From Halioglobus sp. (GTDB taxonomy: Bacteria; Pseudomonadota; Gammaproteobacteria; Pseudomonadales; Halieaceae), in NCBI GenBank assembly GCA_037382865.1, contig JARRPM010000010.1:4454-68453 (forward strand): DNA of 64,000 nucleotides. Direction: 5' to 3'. The notes beneath the pieces were generated by a model. It had not been told where the DNA came from. It saw only the letters and a program-made list of their open reading frames with translations, and did not search any database. Both the position numbers and the translations under genes were made by a program. This document shows, one piece after another, positions 32,758-44,790 of this stretch; the stretch's first letter is position 1, and each line of letters begins with the position of its first letter.

Positions 32758-33867
32758 ATGAAAAACGCTTTAAGATTCGCCGCCTGGCCCACCATTGCGG
32801 GCATCCTGGCCGCGCTGCTCATTCTCGATCGCTGGGTGCTGCCGCATACCCCCGCCGGCAACCTCAGCAGCGCCGGGCCGGTGAGCTATGCCGCGGCGGT
32901 ACGCAGCGCGACGCCCGCGGTCGTCAACATCTACACAGCCAAGCTGGTGACCTCCCGTCGCAATCCGCTGCTGGATGAATGGATCCTGCGCCGCTTTGCC
33001 CGGCCCCAGGCCCAGCGCATCGAACGCTCCCTCGGCTCCGGCGTAATCATGACCGACGAGGGCCACATTCTCACCAACAACCACGTCATCGACGGGGCCG
33101 ACGCCATCCAGGTGCTGCTCCATGACGGGCGCTCCGCCAACGCCGTGGTGATCGGGACCGACCCGGCCACCGACCTGGCCGTGCTGCAGATCGAGCTGCC
33201 TGACCTGCAGCCCATCGAGCTGGGCGACTCCAACAATGCGCGGGTTGGCGACGTGGTGCTGGCGATCGGCAACCCGCTGGGTTTCGGCCATTCGGTGACC
33301 CAGGGCATCGTCTCCGCCCTGGGACGCTATGGCCTCCAGCTCAACACCTACGAGGACTACATCCAGACTGATGCCACCATTCACCTCGGCAATTCCGGTG
33401 GCGCACTGATCGATACCCGCGGACGCCTCCTCGGGATCAATACCCTGATCTACACCAACCAGCAGAGCGGCACGGCGACGGGTATCGGGATCAGCCTGGC
33501 CATCCCGGTGAACCTCGCGGTCTTCGTGATGCGCGACCTGATCGATTACGGTGAAGTGATCCGCGGCTGGCTCGGGGTCAGTGTGGAGCCGGCCAGGATG
33601 GTCCCGGAGAGCGGGCGGCCGGGGCCGGCGCTGCTGGTCGTGGCGGTGGCCGAGGATGGCCCCGCGGCGCGGGCCGGCATCATGCCGGGAGACGTGATCA
33701 CCCACATCGACGGCGAGCCGGTGCAGGACGGCAGGCTGACCATGCACCGCATCGCCATGCTGCGGCCCGGGGATGCCATCGAGGTGACGGTGCAGCGCGG
33801 TCAGCAGAGCCTGGAGTTGCGCGCGATCGTGGGCGTGCTGCGCCAGTCCGCCGCCGATACCGGCTGA
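32758..33867 (+). CDS. degS: DegS/AlgW-type periplasmic serine endoprotease with a single PDZ domain
   Basis: 369 aa. It has an N-terminal anchor and the catalytic triad context TNNHVI, TDLAVL and GNSGGAL, followed by one PDZ domain. Confidence 0.88.
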   Translation: MKNALRFAAWPTIAGILAALLILDRWVLPHTPAGNLSSAGPVSYAAAVRSATPAVVNIYTAKLVTSRRNPLLDEWILRRFARPQAQRIERSLGSGVIMTDEGHILTNNHVIDGADAIQVLLHDGRSANAVVIGTDPATDLAVLQIELPDLQPIELGDSNNARVGDVVLAIGNPLGFGHSVTQGIVSALGRYGLQLNTYEDYIQTDATIHLGNSGGALIDTRGRLLGINTLIYTNQQSGTATGIGISLAIPVNLAVFVMRDLIDYGEVIRGWLGVSVEPARMVPESGRPGPALLVVAVAEDGPAARAGIMPGDVITHIDGEPVQDGRLTMHRIAMLRPGDAIEVTVQRGQQSLELRAIVGVLRQSAADTG

Positions 33868-33886
33868 GCGCGGGCCAGACATGACA

Positions 33887-35197
33887 CTAGCTGCGGGGCG
33901 GGCGCTCCAGGCGCAGCTCGGCGCTGCGGGCGTGCGCGGTCAGCGACTCCCCCCGGGCCAGTACCGACGCGACCCGGCCCAGCGCCCGGACGCCCTCCTC
34001 GCTGCACATAATGATGGAACTGCGCTTCTGGAAATCGTACACCCCGAGCGGCGACGAGAAGCGGGCGCTGCGCGCGGTGGGCAGCACGTGGTTGGGGCCC
34101 GCACAGTAGTCGCCGAGCGCCTCTGACGTGTAGGGCCCCAGGAAGATCGCGCCGGCGTGGCGCACCAGTGGCAGCAGGCTTTCGGGATCCTCGACCGAGA
34201 GCTCGAGGTGCTCGGGCGCCAGGCGGTTGCTCACCGCGATCGCATCCTCCAGGTCAACGGTCCTTATCAGGGCGCCGCGCCGCGCCAGCGAGTGGCGAAT
34301 GATCTCCGCCCGCGACATCTGCGGCAGCAGCCGCTCGATCGCCGCCTGCACCGCATCCAGGTAGGCGCCATCGGGACAGAGCAGGATGGACTGGGCATTT
34401 TCGTCGTGCTCGGCCTGGGAAAAGAGGTCCATCGCCACCCACTCGGGATCGGTGCTGCCGTCACCCACGACCAGGATTTCCGACGGCCCGGCGACCATGT
34501 CGATCCCCACCCGCCCGAACACCTGGCGCTTGGCCGCCGCCACGTAAATGTTGCCTGGCCCCACGATCTTGTCCACGGCGGGGACGGTGGCGGTGCCAAA
34601 GGCCAGCGCCGCGACCGCCTGGGCGCCGCCCAGGGTGAATACGCGGTCGACCTCCGCTATCCGCGCGGCCGCCAGTACCAGGTCGTTCAGCTCCCCACCC
34701 GGCGCAGGCACCACAATGATTATCTCGGCCACTCCGGCGTCCCGTGCCGGCAGCGCGTTCATCAGTACCGAAGAGGGATAGCTCGCCTTGCCGCCGGGCA
34801 CGTAGATGCCCGCGCGCTCCAGGGGGGTAATCTTCTGGCCCAGCAGATTGCCGGCGGCGTCCCGAAACTGCCAGCTCTCCTGCAGCTGGTGCGCGTGGTA
34901 GCTGCGCACCCGGTCTGCTGCATATTCCAGCGCCTCCCGCTGTGACGGATCGATCGACTCCAGGGCCGCGGCAAGACGCTGCTGCGGTATCTCCAGTTCA
35001 GCCACGGCAGCCGCCTGCAGTCCGTCGAACCTCGCCGTGTAGTCCAACAGGGCGGCGTCGCCGCGGCGGGCGACGTCGGCGATGATCGCCGCGACCGCGT
35101 CTGTCACCGCCTGGCCCTCACTCTCCTCCCAGCGGGTGAGGCGGTCCAGGCGGGCGTCGAAGTCCGGGTCGCGGGTATCGAGTCGCGCAATGGTCAT
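33887..35197 (-). CDS. hisD: Histidinol dehydrogenase
   Basis: Start at ATG 35197 ([17 protein letters not shown]...). The protein is 436 aa and collinear with HisD. The track extension to 35320 overlaps hisG. Confidence 0.93.
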   Translation of the reverse strand: MTIARLDTRDPDFDARLDRLTRWEESEGQAVTDAVAAIIADVARRGDAALLDYTARFDGLQAAAVAELEIPQQRLAAALESIDPSQREALEYAADRVRSYHAHQLQESWQFRDAAGNLLGQKITPLERAGIYVPGGKASYPSSVLMNALPARDAGVAEIIIVVPAPGGELNDLVLAAARIAEVDRVFTLGGAQAVAALAFGTATVPAVDKIVGPGNIYVAAAKRQVFGRVGIDMVAGPSEILVVGDGSTDPEWVAMDLFSQAEHDENAQSILLCPDGAYLDAVQAAIERLLPQMSRAEIIRHSLARRGALIRTVDLEDAIAVSNRLAPEHLELSVEDPESLLPLVRHAGAIFLGPYTSEALGDYCAGPNHVLPTARSARFSSPLGVYDFQKRSSIIMCSEEGVRALGRVASVLARGESLTAHARSAELRLERPPRS

Positions 35198-35198
35198 C

Positions 35199-35846
35199 TC
35201 AGGGGTCCTCTCCTGTCTCTTCCACGATCGCCGCGAGGTCGTCAATGAGGCGCTGGATGCCCGTGTAGGCCGAGCGCATGGCGGCCTTGTTGACGACCAG
35301 CCGCGAACTGATCGCAGCAATCTCCTCCAAAGGCGCCATACCGTTGGCCCGCAGCGTATTGCCGGTGTCGACGATGTCCACGATCAGGTCAGCCAGGTTC
35401 ATGATCGGCGCCAGCTCCATTGCACCATAGAGCTTGATCACCTCGGCGTGCACGCCGCGCGTGGCGAAATGCCGGCGCGCGATGTTGGTGAATTTGGTGG
35501 CCACCCGGACCCGTGCCGAGCCGGGCCTCCAGCCGACCGGGCCCGCGGTCATCAGGCGGCAGCGGGCGATGCCCAGGTCGAGTGGCTCGTACAGGCCCTC
35601 CGCCCCGTGCTCGAGCAGCATGTCCTTGCCGACGACGCCGACGTCCGCGGCGCCGTGCCGCACATAGGTCGGCACGTCGCTGCCGCGAATCACCACCAGG
35701 CGCACGCCGTCCCGGCTGGTATCGAATACCAGGCGGCGACTGGTGGCGATATCCTCCAGCGGCTCGATTCCCGCCCGGGCAAGCAGCGGCAGGGTCTCCT
35801 TGAGAATACGCCCCTTGGTCAGTGCTATGGTCAGCGGCTGGTTCAT
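35199..35846 (-). CDS. hisG: ATP phosphoribosyltransferase, short (HisZ-dependent) form
   Basis: 215 aa. [22 protein letters not shown]... Confidence 0.93.
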   Translation of the reverse strand: MNQPLTIALTKGRILKETLPLLARAGIEPLEDIATSRRLVFDTSRDGVRLVVIRGSDVPTYVRHGAADVGVVGKDMLLEHGAEGLYEPLDLGIARCRLMTAGPVGWRPGSARVRVATKFTNIARRHFATRGVHAEVIKLYGAMELAPIMNLADLIVDIVDTGNTLRANGMAPLEEIAAISSRLVVNKAAMRSAYTGIQRLIDDLAAIVEETGEDP

Positions 35847-35847
35847 T

Positions 35848-37134
<1,287 letters not shown>

Positions 37135-37374
37135 TCAGCCCCGGTCCTGCCACTCGGCGGCGGTATAGGTCCGGATATTGACGGCGTGGATCGAGCCGTC
37201 GGCGATCTGGTCGCTGAGGGCGGCATACACCAACTGCTGCTTCTTGACCGGTCGCAGGCCCTCGAAAACCGGCCCGATGGCGGTAATATCGTAGTTGCTC
37301 CCCTCACCCTGAACGTGAAACTCACACTCCTTCAGGTGAGACTGAAGCAGTGCCTTGACCGTGGCGGCGTCCAT
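37135..37374 (-). CDS. ibaG: BolA-family protein IbaG/YrbA
   Basis: 79 aa immediately upstream of murA, with a BolA-like fold sequence (ITAIGPVFEGLRPVKKQQLVYAAL). Confidence 0.85.
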   Translation of the reverse strand: MDAATVKALLQSHLKECEFHVQGEGSNYDITAIGPVFEGLRPVKKQQLVYAALSDQIADGSIHAVNIRTYTAAEWQDRG

Positions 37375-37532
37375 AAATGCTCTCCAGATTGCCGTGTTAC
37401 CCGGCAGGGATGGCGGGCAGCATGTCCCGCCGGTAAAAGGCCGAGCATTTTAGGAGAAAATGTCGCCGATGGCGACCGCTGCGGCGTCGGGCGGCTGAAG
37501 TCCGGCCTGATCCGGTCGCCCCAGGACCAACG

Positions 37533-38204
37533 TCAGGTTTCCACCTCGACGGTGGTCCAGTTGTCGATGACCGCGTCGAGGTCGCCATTCTGCTCGCGGG
37601 CGGCGGCCTCGAACTGGTTGCGATAGATTTCGCCCAGGTTGACGCTCTCGATGATCACGTTGCGCAATTTCCAGTCACCCGACTTGTCGCGGCCCATTTG
37701 GTAGAGAATCTCATAGGGCTCCGCCTCACCTGTGAAGATAAGCTGCTGCACGGAGACGAAAGACTGGTCGGCTTCAGCCGGGTCGGGTTCGGCCAGCTCG
37801 ATCCGGGCACCCGCATAGGCCAGCAATCCCTTGCTGTAGGTGCGCACCAGGCCCAGGCGCATCACTTCGGTGAAGCGGTCCAGCTGATCGCGGAGTTGCG
37901 CACGGCCCGCCTCGTCCAGGGAGCGGTAGCGCTCGCTGCTGGCATAGGGACCCATGACGCCGCGGGCAAACCCACGGAAATCGATGACCGGGTCGAGAAT
38001 GGCCTGGACCTGCCGGTAATAGCGCTCCGGGTCCTTATCGGCGTAGGCCTGGGCCTCTTCCACGACCGCCATGACCCGCCGGGTGGCATCCTCTACCACG
38101 CCATGCGCCGTCGGCGCTGAGGCCCCGGCGCCGGGCTGCGCCCATGCCTGGGCGATCAAGAGCGTCAGGGCAGCCAGCCAGCCCAGCTGTACACGTAATG
38201 TCAT
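37533..38204 (-). CDS. mlaC: Phospholipid-binding periplasmic protein MlaC/Ttg2D
   Basis: Start at ATG 38204. The signal peptide is LAALTLLIAQAWAQ and the MlaC-family C-terminus is DWKLRNVIIESVNLGEIYRNQFEAAAR. Confidence 0.82.
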   Translation of the reverse strand: MTLRVQLGWLAALTLLIAQAWAQPGAGASAPTAHGVVEDATRRVMAVVEEAQAYADKDPERYYRQVQAILDPVIDFRGFARGVMGPYASSERYRSLDEAGRAQLRDQLDRFTEVMRLGLVRTYSKGLLAYAGARIELAEPDPAEADQSFVSVQQLIFTGEAEPYEILYQMGRDKSGDWKLRNVIIESVNLGEIYRNQFEAAAREQNGDLDAVIDNWTTVEVET

Positions 38205-38385
38205 GGTCGTCCTCTTCCACCCGGATTTGCCAGTATCCACGCCTGAATAGGGCTGTATAATGCCTTACCGCAGGGGTCTGAAACCACACCGGGACGCCGG
38301 GCACATCGCCCGTTCTACGACACCGGTCCGCGCCGTCAGTTCCAATGCTTCGCGCGGGGCCTACTTTAACAGGAAATTCGTAACT

Positions 38386-39360
38386 ATGCTGGTAGCTTGC
38401 GCCGCCATCCTGGTCGGCCTGATAGTCCTTATCTGGAGTGCGGACCTGTTCGTCATGGGCGCCGCCGGCATTGCCAGGAACCTGGGGCTGTCACCCATTG
38501 TCATCGGCCTGACCATTGTCTCTCTGGGCACCTCGGCGCCGGAAGTGCTGGTCTCCATCAATGCCGCTATCACGGGCGCCGGGCCACTGGCCATCGGCAA
38601 CGCCATCGGCTCCAATATCGCCAACATCGGTATGGTGCTGGGCATAACGCTGCTGGTCGCACCACTGATGGCGCACCAGGGCCATATGAAAACCCAGCTG
38701 CCGGTCCTGTTGCTGGTGACCGTCGCCGTTGGCCTGCTGGCACTCGACCGGTCGTTCTCGAGGCTGGATGGCTGCCTGATGCTGGGCGCCCTCGCGCTCA
38801 TCATGACCATGACCGTGCGCAGCCAGTCCCACGACAGGGAGCTGGCCCAGGAGGCGGCTGAGGAGCCCCTTCCGGAGCTGGGGAAACTTCGCGCCTGGAT
38901 AACGTTCCTGGTGGGCCTGGCCCTGCTGGTTGTCAGCGCCAGGATACTGGTCTGGGGCGCCGTATTCGTGGCCGGGGAACTGGGTGTCTCGGAACTGGTG
39001 ATCGGCCTTACCGTCATCGCCATCGGGACCAGCCTGCCGGAACTGGCCGCCACAGTCGCCAGCGCGCTGCGCGGCCATACCGAAATCGCCCTGGGCAACG
39101 TGATCGGGTCCAACTTGTTCAACCTGCTGGCGGTGATGCCGATTCCCGGCCTGGTGACGACTCAGACGCTCGAGTCCAGCGTCCTGCTCCGGGACTACCC
39201 GACCATGACACTCTTCACTCTGTTCCTGGCCGTCGCCGTCTACCTGAGCAGCAGGCGCCGCGCCTCCCGGAACGGCTATTCCTATGTGGGACGACGGGTC
39301 GGGGTGTTGTTAGTGTCGTTCTACGCACTGTATTATTACTGGCTATATCTCACCTTCTAG
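38386..39360 (+). CDS. yrbG: CaCA-family cation/Ca2+ antiporter (YrbG)
   Basis: Start at ATG 38386. The protein is about 324 aa and polytopic, with two alpha repeats (LGTSAPEVLVS and IGTSLPELAAT). Confidence 0.88.
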   Translation: MLVACAAILVGLIVLIWSADLFVMGAAGIARNLGLSPIVIGLTIVSLGTSAPEVLVSINAAITGAGPLAIGNAIGSNIANIGMVLGITLLVAPLMAHQGHMKTQLPVLLLVTVAVGLLALDRSFSRLDGCLMLGALALIMTMTVRSQSHDRELAQEAAEEPLPELGKLRAWITFLVGLALLVVSARILVWGAVFVAGELGVSELVIGLTVIAIGTSLPELAATVASALRGHTEIALGNVIGSNLFNLLAVMPIPGLVTTQTLESSVLLRDYPTMTLFTLFLAVAVYLSSRRRASRNGYSYVGRRVGVLLVSFYALYYYWLYLTF

Positions 39361-39375
39361 GCGCAGGGCCTCTAC

Positions 39376-40356
39376 ATGCCTGGCAAAAGCACCACGGAAT
39401 TCGCGGACTCGGGGCGGCGCACCATCAGGATGGAAGCCGCGGCGGTAGCCGCCATGGAACAGCGCGTCGGGGCAGATTTCAACCGGGCCTGCGAGCTGCT
39501 GCTGCAGACCCGCGGCCGGGTGATCGTCACCGGTATGGGCAAATCCGGCCACATCGCGCGCAAGATCGCAGCCACCCTCGCCAGCACCGGCACCCCGGCG
39601 CACTTCGTCCACCCCGGCGAGGCGAGCCATGGCGACATGGGCATGATCACTCCCGACGATGCCGTGATCGCGCTTTCCAACAGCGGTGCCGTGACGGAGG
39701 TCGTGACCCTGCTGCCCCTGCTGAAGCGCCTGGGCACTCCCCTTGTCAGCATGACCGGCAAGCCGGAGTCGATTCTGGCCCGGGCCTCCGAGGTCCATCT
39801 GGACACCGGTGTCGAGACCGAGGCCTGTCCACTGGATCTCGCGCCGACCTCGAGCACCACCACCGCCCTGGTCATGGGCGATGCCCTGGCCATCGCGCTG
39901 CTGGAGGCACGCGGATTCACCGCCGAGGATTTTGCCTTCTCCCACCCGGGCGGCACCCTGGGGAAGAAGCTGCTGCTGAAGGTCGAGGATGTGATGCGCT
40001 CGGGGGAGGCGGTTCCGCGGGTGGGGCCGGACACCCTGCTATCGCGCGCCCTGCTGGAAATCAGTAACAAGGGGCTGGGGATGACCACCGTCGTCGACGA
40101 CAGTGGCAGGCTCGAGGGCATCTTCACCGATGGTGACCTGCGCCGCGCACTGGATCACCAGGTCGACATCCACAGCAGCGCCATTGGCGCGTTGATGACC
40201 ACTAATGCAAAGACCGCGCATCCTGACATGCTGGCGGCGGAAGCGCTGCGCATCATGGAGGAAAACGAGATCACCTCGCTGGTCGTCGTTGACGATGCGG
40301 GCGGCATCGCCGGAGTCCTGCACCTGATGCACCTGCTGCACGCCGGCATCGCCTGA
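39376..40356 (+). CDS. kdsD: Arabinose-5-phosphate isomerase (SIS + tandem CBS)
   Basis: 326 aa. GMGKSGHIARKIAATLASTGTPAHFVHPGEASHGDMGMI. Confidence 0.94.
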   Translation: MPGKSTTEFADSGRRTIRMEAAAVAAMEQRVGADFNRACELLLQTRGRVIVTGMGKSGHIARKIAATLASTGTPAHFVHPGEASHGDMGMITPDDAVIALSNSGAVTEVVTLLPLLKRLGTPLVSMTGKPESILARASEVHLDTGVETEACPLDLAPTSSTTTALVMGDALAIALLEARGFTAEDFAFSHPGGTLGKKLLLKVEDVMRSGEAVPRVGPDTLLSRALLEISNKGLGMTTVVDDSGRLEGIFTDGDLRRALDHQVDIHSSAIGALMTTNAKTAHPDMLAAEALRIMEENEITSLVVVDDAGGIAGVLHLMHLLHAGIA

Positions 40357-40372
40357 GGCCGATGGCGAAGCC

Positions 40373-40894
40373 ATGAGCAATCTGCAACAGAGAGCGGCGG
40401 CACTGCGCTTACTGGCGCTGGACGTCGATGGCGTCCTCACTGACGGGCGCATCTATTATGGCAACCAGGGTGAGGAACTCAAGGCCTTCGACATCAAGGA
40501 CGGACTCGGCATCAAGCTGCTGCAGCGCGCGGGGGTCAGGGTGGCCATCATCACCGGCAGGCGCTCAGAGATCGTCCTGCGGCGCGCCCGTGAGCTCGGC
40601 ATCGAGGATGTCATCCAGGGTCGCGAGGACAAGGCGCAGGCCCTGGACGAACTGTGCCGCCAGCGGCAGCTCGAACTGGCCCACTGCGGCTACATGGGCG
40701 ACGACCTTCCCGACCTGGGCGCCATCAGCCGCGCCGGTCTCGGCATGACCACGGCCGATGCCAGCGCCGCCGTACTGGCGGCCGCTGACTGGTGCAGCCG
40801 CCACAAGGGCGGGCACGGCGCCGTGCGCGAGGCCTGCGAATTCATCCTCGATGCACGGGGAGAGCGCGCCCGGCTGGAGGCGGAATACGCCTGA
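40373..40894 (+). CDS. kdsC: 3-deoxy-D-manno-octulosonate 8-phosphate phosphatase
   Basis: 173 aa. The HAD motif is LLALDVDGVLTDGRIYY, with a GDDLPD motif. Confidence 0.93.
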   Translation: MSNLQQRAAALRLLALDVDGVLTDGRIYYGNQGEELKAFDIKDGLGIKLLQRAGVRVAIITGRRSEIVLRRARELGIEDVIQGREDKAQALDELCRQRQLELAHCGYMGDDLPDLGAISRAGLGMTTADASAAVLAAADWCSRHKGGHGAVREACEFILDARGERARLEAEYA

Positions 40895-41457
40895 TGCCAC
40901 GCGCTTCCCTGCAGATTCTGTTGGCGATCGTCCTCGGCATGGCCGCCACGTACTACTGGGACCCCCGGACCGGGCAGGTCGCTGACCCCGACACCAGCGC
41001 ACGCCGGCAGGCACTGCCCCGGGCCTACCTGCAGTCGCCGCTGAGCCGGACCTACAATGAACAGGGCAATCTCACCGATATCCTGGAGGCCGCGAGCGTG
41101 GAGCAATACCCGCAGCGAGACGAGTCGCTGATCGAGGCACCGCGCTTCTATGCCCTCAGTGGCGATGACAAGACCTGGTCAGCGACCGCGGCCCGGGGGA
41201 GCTTTCGCCACAGCACCGAGACCCTCACCCTGCTGGACAATGTCTCGCTCTCCCACGACCAGACCGGGGCCCGCGTGGCCACCGCCGCATTGGACATCGA
41301 TCTCGACACCAAAACGGCGACTTCCCGCAACCCGGTCACGATCACCTATGACGACAACGTTACCCGTGCGGACGGCATGATCGCCCGCCTGGAGATGGAG
41401 ACCATCACGCTTATGCCGAATGTGGAGAGCATTTATGTTCAACCCCCGCCCCGTTAG
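40894..41457 (+). CDS. lptC: LPS export protein LptC
   Basis: ATG 40894 overlaps the kdsC stop (TGATG). The protein is 187 aa with an N-terminal TM segment and an OstA-like fold. It sits in the kdsC-lptC-lptA-lptB position. Confidence 0.85.
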   Translation: MPRASLQILLAIVLGMAATYYWDPRTGQVADPDTSARRQALPRAYLQSPLSRTYNEQGNLTDILEAASVEQYPQRDESLIEAPRFYALSGDDKTWSATAARGSFRHSTETLTLLDNVSLSHDQTGARVATAALDIDLDTKTATSRNPVTITYDDNVTRADGMIARLEMETITLMPNVESIYVQPPPR

Positions 41458-42001
41458 GCGCGGCCGGCGCCAACCGCTGTGCGCTGCCATCCTGCTACTG
41501 CTGCTGGGCACGGGCCCGGCGGCGGCGCTCGAGACGGATCGCGCCCAGCCGATCCGCATCACGGCGGACCAGGCCCTGCGCGACGAAAAACAGGGCTTCA
41601 CCGTGTATGAGGGCAACGTGGAGATGGACCAGGGGAGCCTTCATATCGAGGCGGACAAGATCACCATCTTCCACAAGACGGATCAGGCAGACCGGATCGT
41701 GGCGGAAGGGGGGCCGGCAAAAATGCAGCAGCAGCCGGAACCCGACAAGGGCCTGGTGCACGCCGAGGCGAGAGTCATCGAGTACCTCAGAAAGGAGGAG
41801 CGGGTGCTGCTGCGGCAGAGTGCCCGCATCGAGCAGGACGGCTCCACGGTAACCGGTGACTCTATCGACTATCTCATCGGCGAGCAGCTGGTGAGAGCCC
41901 AATCCGGGCCGGAGCAGGACGGGGAGCGGGTACAGGTGGTCATTCCCCCGGAGAGAATTGAACAGGATACCGGCGACCGTGGCGAAACTGATAGCGAGTA
42001 A
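41420..42001 (+). CDS. lptA: LPS export periplasmic protein LptA
   Basis: Signal peptide followed by [41 protein letters not shown] (OstA N-terminal domain). The start is ATG 41420 or 41435. Confidence 0.88.
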   Translation: MWRAFMFNPRPVRRGRRQPLCAAILLLLLGTGPAAALETDRAQPIRITADQALRDEKQGFTVYEGNVEMDQGSLHIEADKITIFHKTDQADRIVAEGGPAKMQQQPEPDKGLVHAEARVIEYLRKEERVLLRQSARIEQDGSTVTGDSIDYLIGEQLVRAQSGPEQDGERVQVVIPPERIEQDTGDRGETDSE

Positions 42002-42704
42002 CCTGGCCAAGGCCTACCGCGGACGCGAGGTGGTGCAGGACGTCTCCCTGGAGCTGGACAGTGGTCAGATCGTCGGCCTGCTGGGCCCCAACGGCGCCGG
42101 CAAGACCACCTGTTTCTATATGATCATCGGCATCATCCAGGCCGACCGCGGCACCATCACCATCAACGGCGAGGACATCACCGCCCTCTCCATGCACGAG
42201 CGGGCGCGGCGGGGTGTCGGCTACCTGCCCCAGGAGGCCTCCATTTTCCGTCGACTCTCGGTGGGCGACAATATCCTGTCGATCCTCGAGACCCGGCCGG
42301 ACCTCAACAGGAAGCAGCGCCTCGAGCAATGCGATCAGCTGCTCGCGGAATTCCACGTGGAGCACCTGCGGGACAACCTCGGGCAGTCCCTGTCCGGCGG
42401 AGAGCGGCGCCGCATCGAGATCGCCCGGGCCCTCGCCACCGAGCCGGACTTCATCCTGCTCGACGAGCCCTTTGCCGGCGTCGATCCCATCTCGGTCAGC
42501 GATATCAAGGAGATCATCAAGCACCTGCGCGCCCGCGGGATCGGGGTGCTGATCACCGACCACAACGTGCGGGACACCCTGGACATCTGTGAGAAGGCCT
42601 ACATCGTCGGTGAGGGACACATCATCGCCGCCGGCACCTCCGAGGAGGTGCTGAACAACAAACGTGTTCGCGAGGTCTATTTGGGAGAGCAGTTCCGGAT
42701 GTGA
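41979..42704 (+). CDS. lptB: LPS export ABC transporter ATPase LptB
   Basis: GTG 41979 gives (M)[18 protein letters not shown]..., 241 aa, collinear with E. coli LptB. Motifs are Walker [10 protein letters not shown], signature LSGGERRR and Walker B ILLDEP. The track ORF starts at 41958. Confidence 0.93.
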   Translation: MAKLIASNLAKAYRGREVVQDVSLELDSGQIVGLLGPNGAGKTTCFYMIIGIIQADRGTITINGEDITALSMHERARRGVGYLPQEASIFRRLSVGDNILSILETRPDLNRKQRLEQCDQLLAEFHVEHLRDNLGQSLSGGERRRIEIARALATEPDFILLDEPFAGVDPISVSDIKEIIKHLRARGIGVLITDHNVRDTLDICEKAYIVGEGHIIAAGTSEEVLNNKRVREVYLGEQFRM

Positions 42705-42910
42705 CTTTCCCCGGGGATCGACCCCGCAGAGGGCGCTCCCGTTGGCCGGATGAGAGCTCGTCCACACTTCCGCCTTTTCCTCAGGCAAATTCAAAGCAAA
42801 TTTCGCGCCAAGCGGTTGCCACGCCCGGGCAGCCGGGTCTACACTGGCACTGAGTTTACCCATCGGCGATACGGCCGGAACGCCGCCACAGGAGCAGTTT
42901 ACCTCCCGAC

Positions 42911-44422
42911 ATGAAGCAGTCGCTGCAACTAAAACTGGGCCAGCAGCTGACCATGACGCCACAGCTGCAGCAGGCCATCCGCCTGCTGCAACTGTCGACT
43001 CTGGACCTGCAACAGGAAATCCAGCAGGCGCTGGACAGCAATCCGCTGCTGGAGATGATCGACGAGGACAACCAGCCCGAAAACCCCGACGAACTGCCGG
43101 AACGCGGCGACCAGGAGGAGCCGGCCAGCACCCGGGACGGCCCCCTCGAGAGTCTTGAAAACAGCGCCGGTGACGGTGCGGAGAGCGGCGACTGGGAGTC
43201 CTCGCCAACGGACGCGACGCTCCCGGATGACCTGCCGGTCGATACCCAGTGGGACGACCTGCTCCCCTCCGGCTCGGCACCGTCGGGCGGCGACGATCTT
43301 CCCGACTCGGACTTCGAGAGCCGCAATACCTCACCGGAATCCCTGCAGGAGCAACTGCTCTGGCAGCTCAACCTGACCCGCCTCTCCGATACCGACCGGG
43401 TGATTGCCATGGCGATCATCGATGCCACCGACGCCAACGGGCGCCTGGTGCTCAGCCTTGAGGATATTTACGAATCCCTGGTGGGCGAGCTGGACATCGA
43501 GATGGACGAGGTGGTGGCGGTCCTGCATCGCCTGCAGCAGTTCGAGCCGGCGGGGGTCTGCACCCGGGACCTGCAGGAGTGCCTGCTGGTGCAGCTGCAG
43601 CAGCTCCCCGCCTCGACCCCGTGGCTGGAGCAGGCGCGACTGGTCCTGAGCCGCCACCTCAACCAGCTCGCAGCCGGCGACTACAACCAGATTCTCAGGC
43701 GCACCCGGCTGAAGGAGTGGGAGCTGAAGGAGGTCATGGCCCTGATCCAGAGCCTGGACCCGAATCCCGGACAGTCCGCCGCCCCGGACGAGGTCGAGTA
43801 CGTCGTCCCGGACGTCTTCGTCAGCAAGAAGGACGGCCGCTGGCTGGTGGAGCTCAACCCCGATATCGCGCCGAAGCTGCGGATCAACAACGACTACGCG
43901 CGACTGATCAAGCGTGCCGACAACAGCGCGGACAATACCTACCTGCGGGACAACCTGCAGGAGGCGCGCTGGTTCCTGAAAAGCCTGCAGAGTCGCAACG
44001 AAACGCTGATGAAGGTTGCCACCCGGATCGTCGAGCACCAGCGCAACTTCCTGGAATACGGCGAGGAGGCGATGAAGCCGCTGGTGCTGCACGACATCGC
44101 CGAGGCGGTGGAGATGCACGAGTCCACCATATCCCGGGTTACGACCCAGAAATACATGCACACGCCGCGGGGCATTTTCGAGCTCAAGTACTTCTTCTCC
44201 AGCCATGTCTCCACGACGGCGGGCGGGGAGTGCTCCTCGACGGCAATTCGGGCCCTGATCAGGAAACTGGTGGCGGCGGAGAATCCCCGCAAGCCGCTCA
44301 GCGACAACAAGATCGCAAAGCTGCTCGAGGAGCAGGGCATTCAGGTTGCCCGGCGCACCATTGCCAAGTATCGCGATGCCCTGCTGATTCCGCCATCCAA
44401 TGAGCGCAAGAGATTAGTCTAG
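42911..44422 (+). CDS. rpoN: RNA polymerase sigma-54 factor
   Basis: 503 aa. [33 protein letters not shown], followed by an acidic region II and the RpoN box ARRTIAKYR. Confidence 0.97.
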   Translation: MKQSLQLKLGQQLTMTPQLQQAIRLLQLSTLDLQQEIQQALDSNPLLEMIDEDNQPENPDELPERGDQEEPASTRDGPLESLENSAGDGAESGDWESSPTDATLPDDLPVDTQWDDLLPSGSAPSGGDDLPDSDFESRNTSPESLQEQLLWQLNLTRLSDTDRVIAMAIIDATDANGRLVLSLEDIYESLVGELDIEMDEVVAVLHRLQQFEPAGVCTRDLQECLLVQLQQLPASTPWLEQARLVLSRHLNQLAAGDYNQILRRTRLKEWELKEVMALIQSLDPNPGQSAAPDEVEYVVPDVFVSKKDGRWLVELNPDIAPKLRINNDYARLIKRADNSADNTYLRDNLQEARWFLKSLQSRNETLMKVATRIVEHQRNFLEYGEEAMKPLVLHDIAEAVEMHESTISRVTTQKYMHTPRGIFELKYFFSSHVSTTAGGECSSTAIRALIRKLVAAENPRKPLSDNKIAKLLEEQGIQVARRTIAKYRDALLIPPSNERKRLV

Positions 44423-44493
44423 ACTTTACAGTAAAAAACCCGGCAAGGCCGGTACCGGGCGCCGCCCGGTTCAACACAGAGAAGGAGTAACCT

Positions 44494-44781
44494 ATGCAAC
44501 TGAACGTCAGCGGTCACCATGTGGAGGTCACCTCCCCCCTGCGGGAGTACGTCGAAAGCAAGTTCGAGCGGCTGCAGCGCCATTTCGACCAGATCACCAA
44601 CACCCAGGTCACCCTCATCGTGGAGAAGATGGTGCAGAAAGCCGAAGCCACCATTCACATCTCAGGTGCCGATATTTTTGCCGCCGCAGAGTCCGATGAT
44701 ATGTACGCCGCCATTGACGCCCTTGCAGACAAACTCGATCGCCAGTTGATCAAGCACAAGGAAAAGGCCCGGGGCCACTGA
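44494..44781 (+). CDS. hpf: Ribosome hibernation promoting factor (short HPF)
   Basis: 95 aa with a GAAGGAG SD. MQLNVSGHHVEVTSPLREYVESKFERL. Confidence 0.93.
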   Translation: MQLNVSGHHVEVTSPLREYVESKFERLQRHFDQITNTQVTLIVEKMVQKAEATIHISGADIFAAAESDDMYAAIDALADKLDRQLIKHKEKARGH

Positions 44782-44790
44782 GCTCTCACT

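Noticed and set aside
37375-37532. Remnant of mlaB (STAS protein) between mlaC and ibaG
   Set aside because: I translated all three minus-strand frames by eye. The only product is a 63-aa Arg/Ser/Thr/Pro/Gly-rich ORF (37397-37588) overlapping the mlaC 3' end. Nothing resembles a STAS fold sequence, so I treat the stretch as non-coding.
38256-38261. Perfect TATAAT upstream of yrbG, and TTGTCG-17-GATAAT upstream of mgtE (46434-46462), as promoters
   Set aside because: They are plausible, but the yrbG site has no acceptable -35 element. Both rest on hexamer matching alone in long leaders, which is too weak to list as features.
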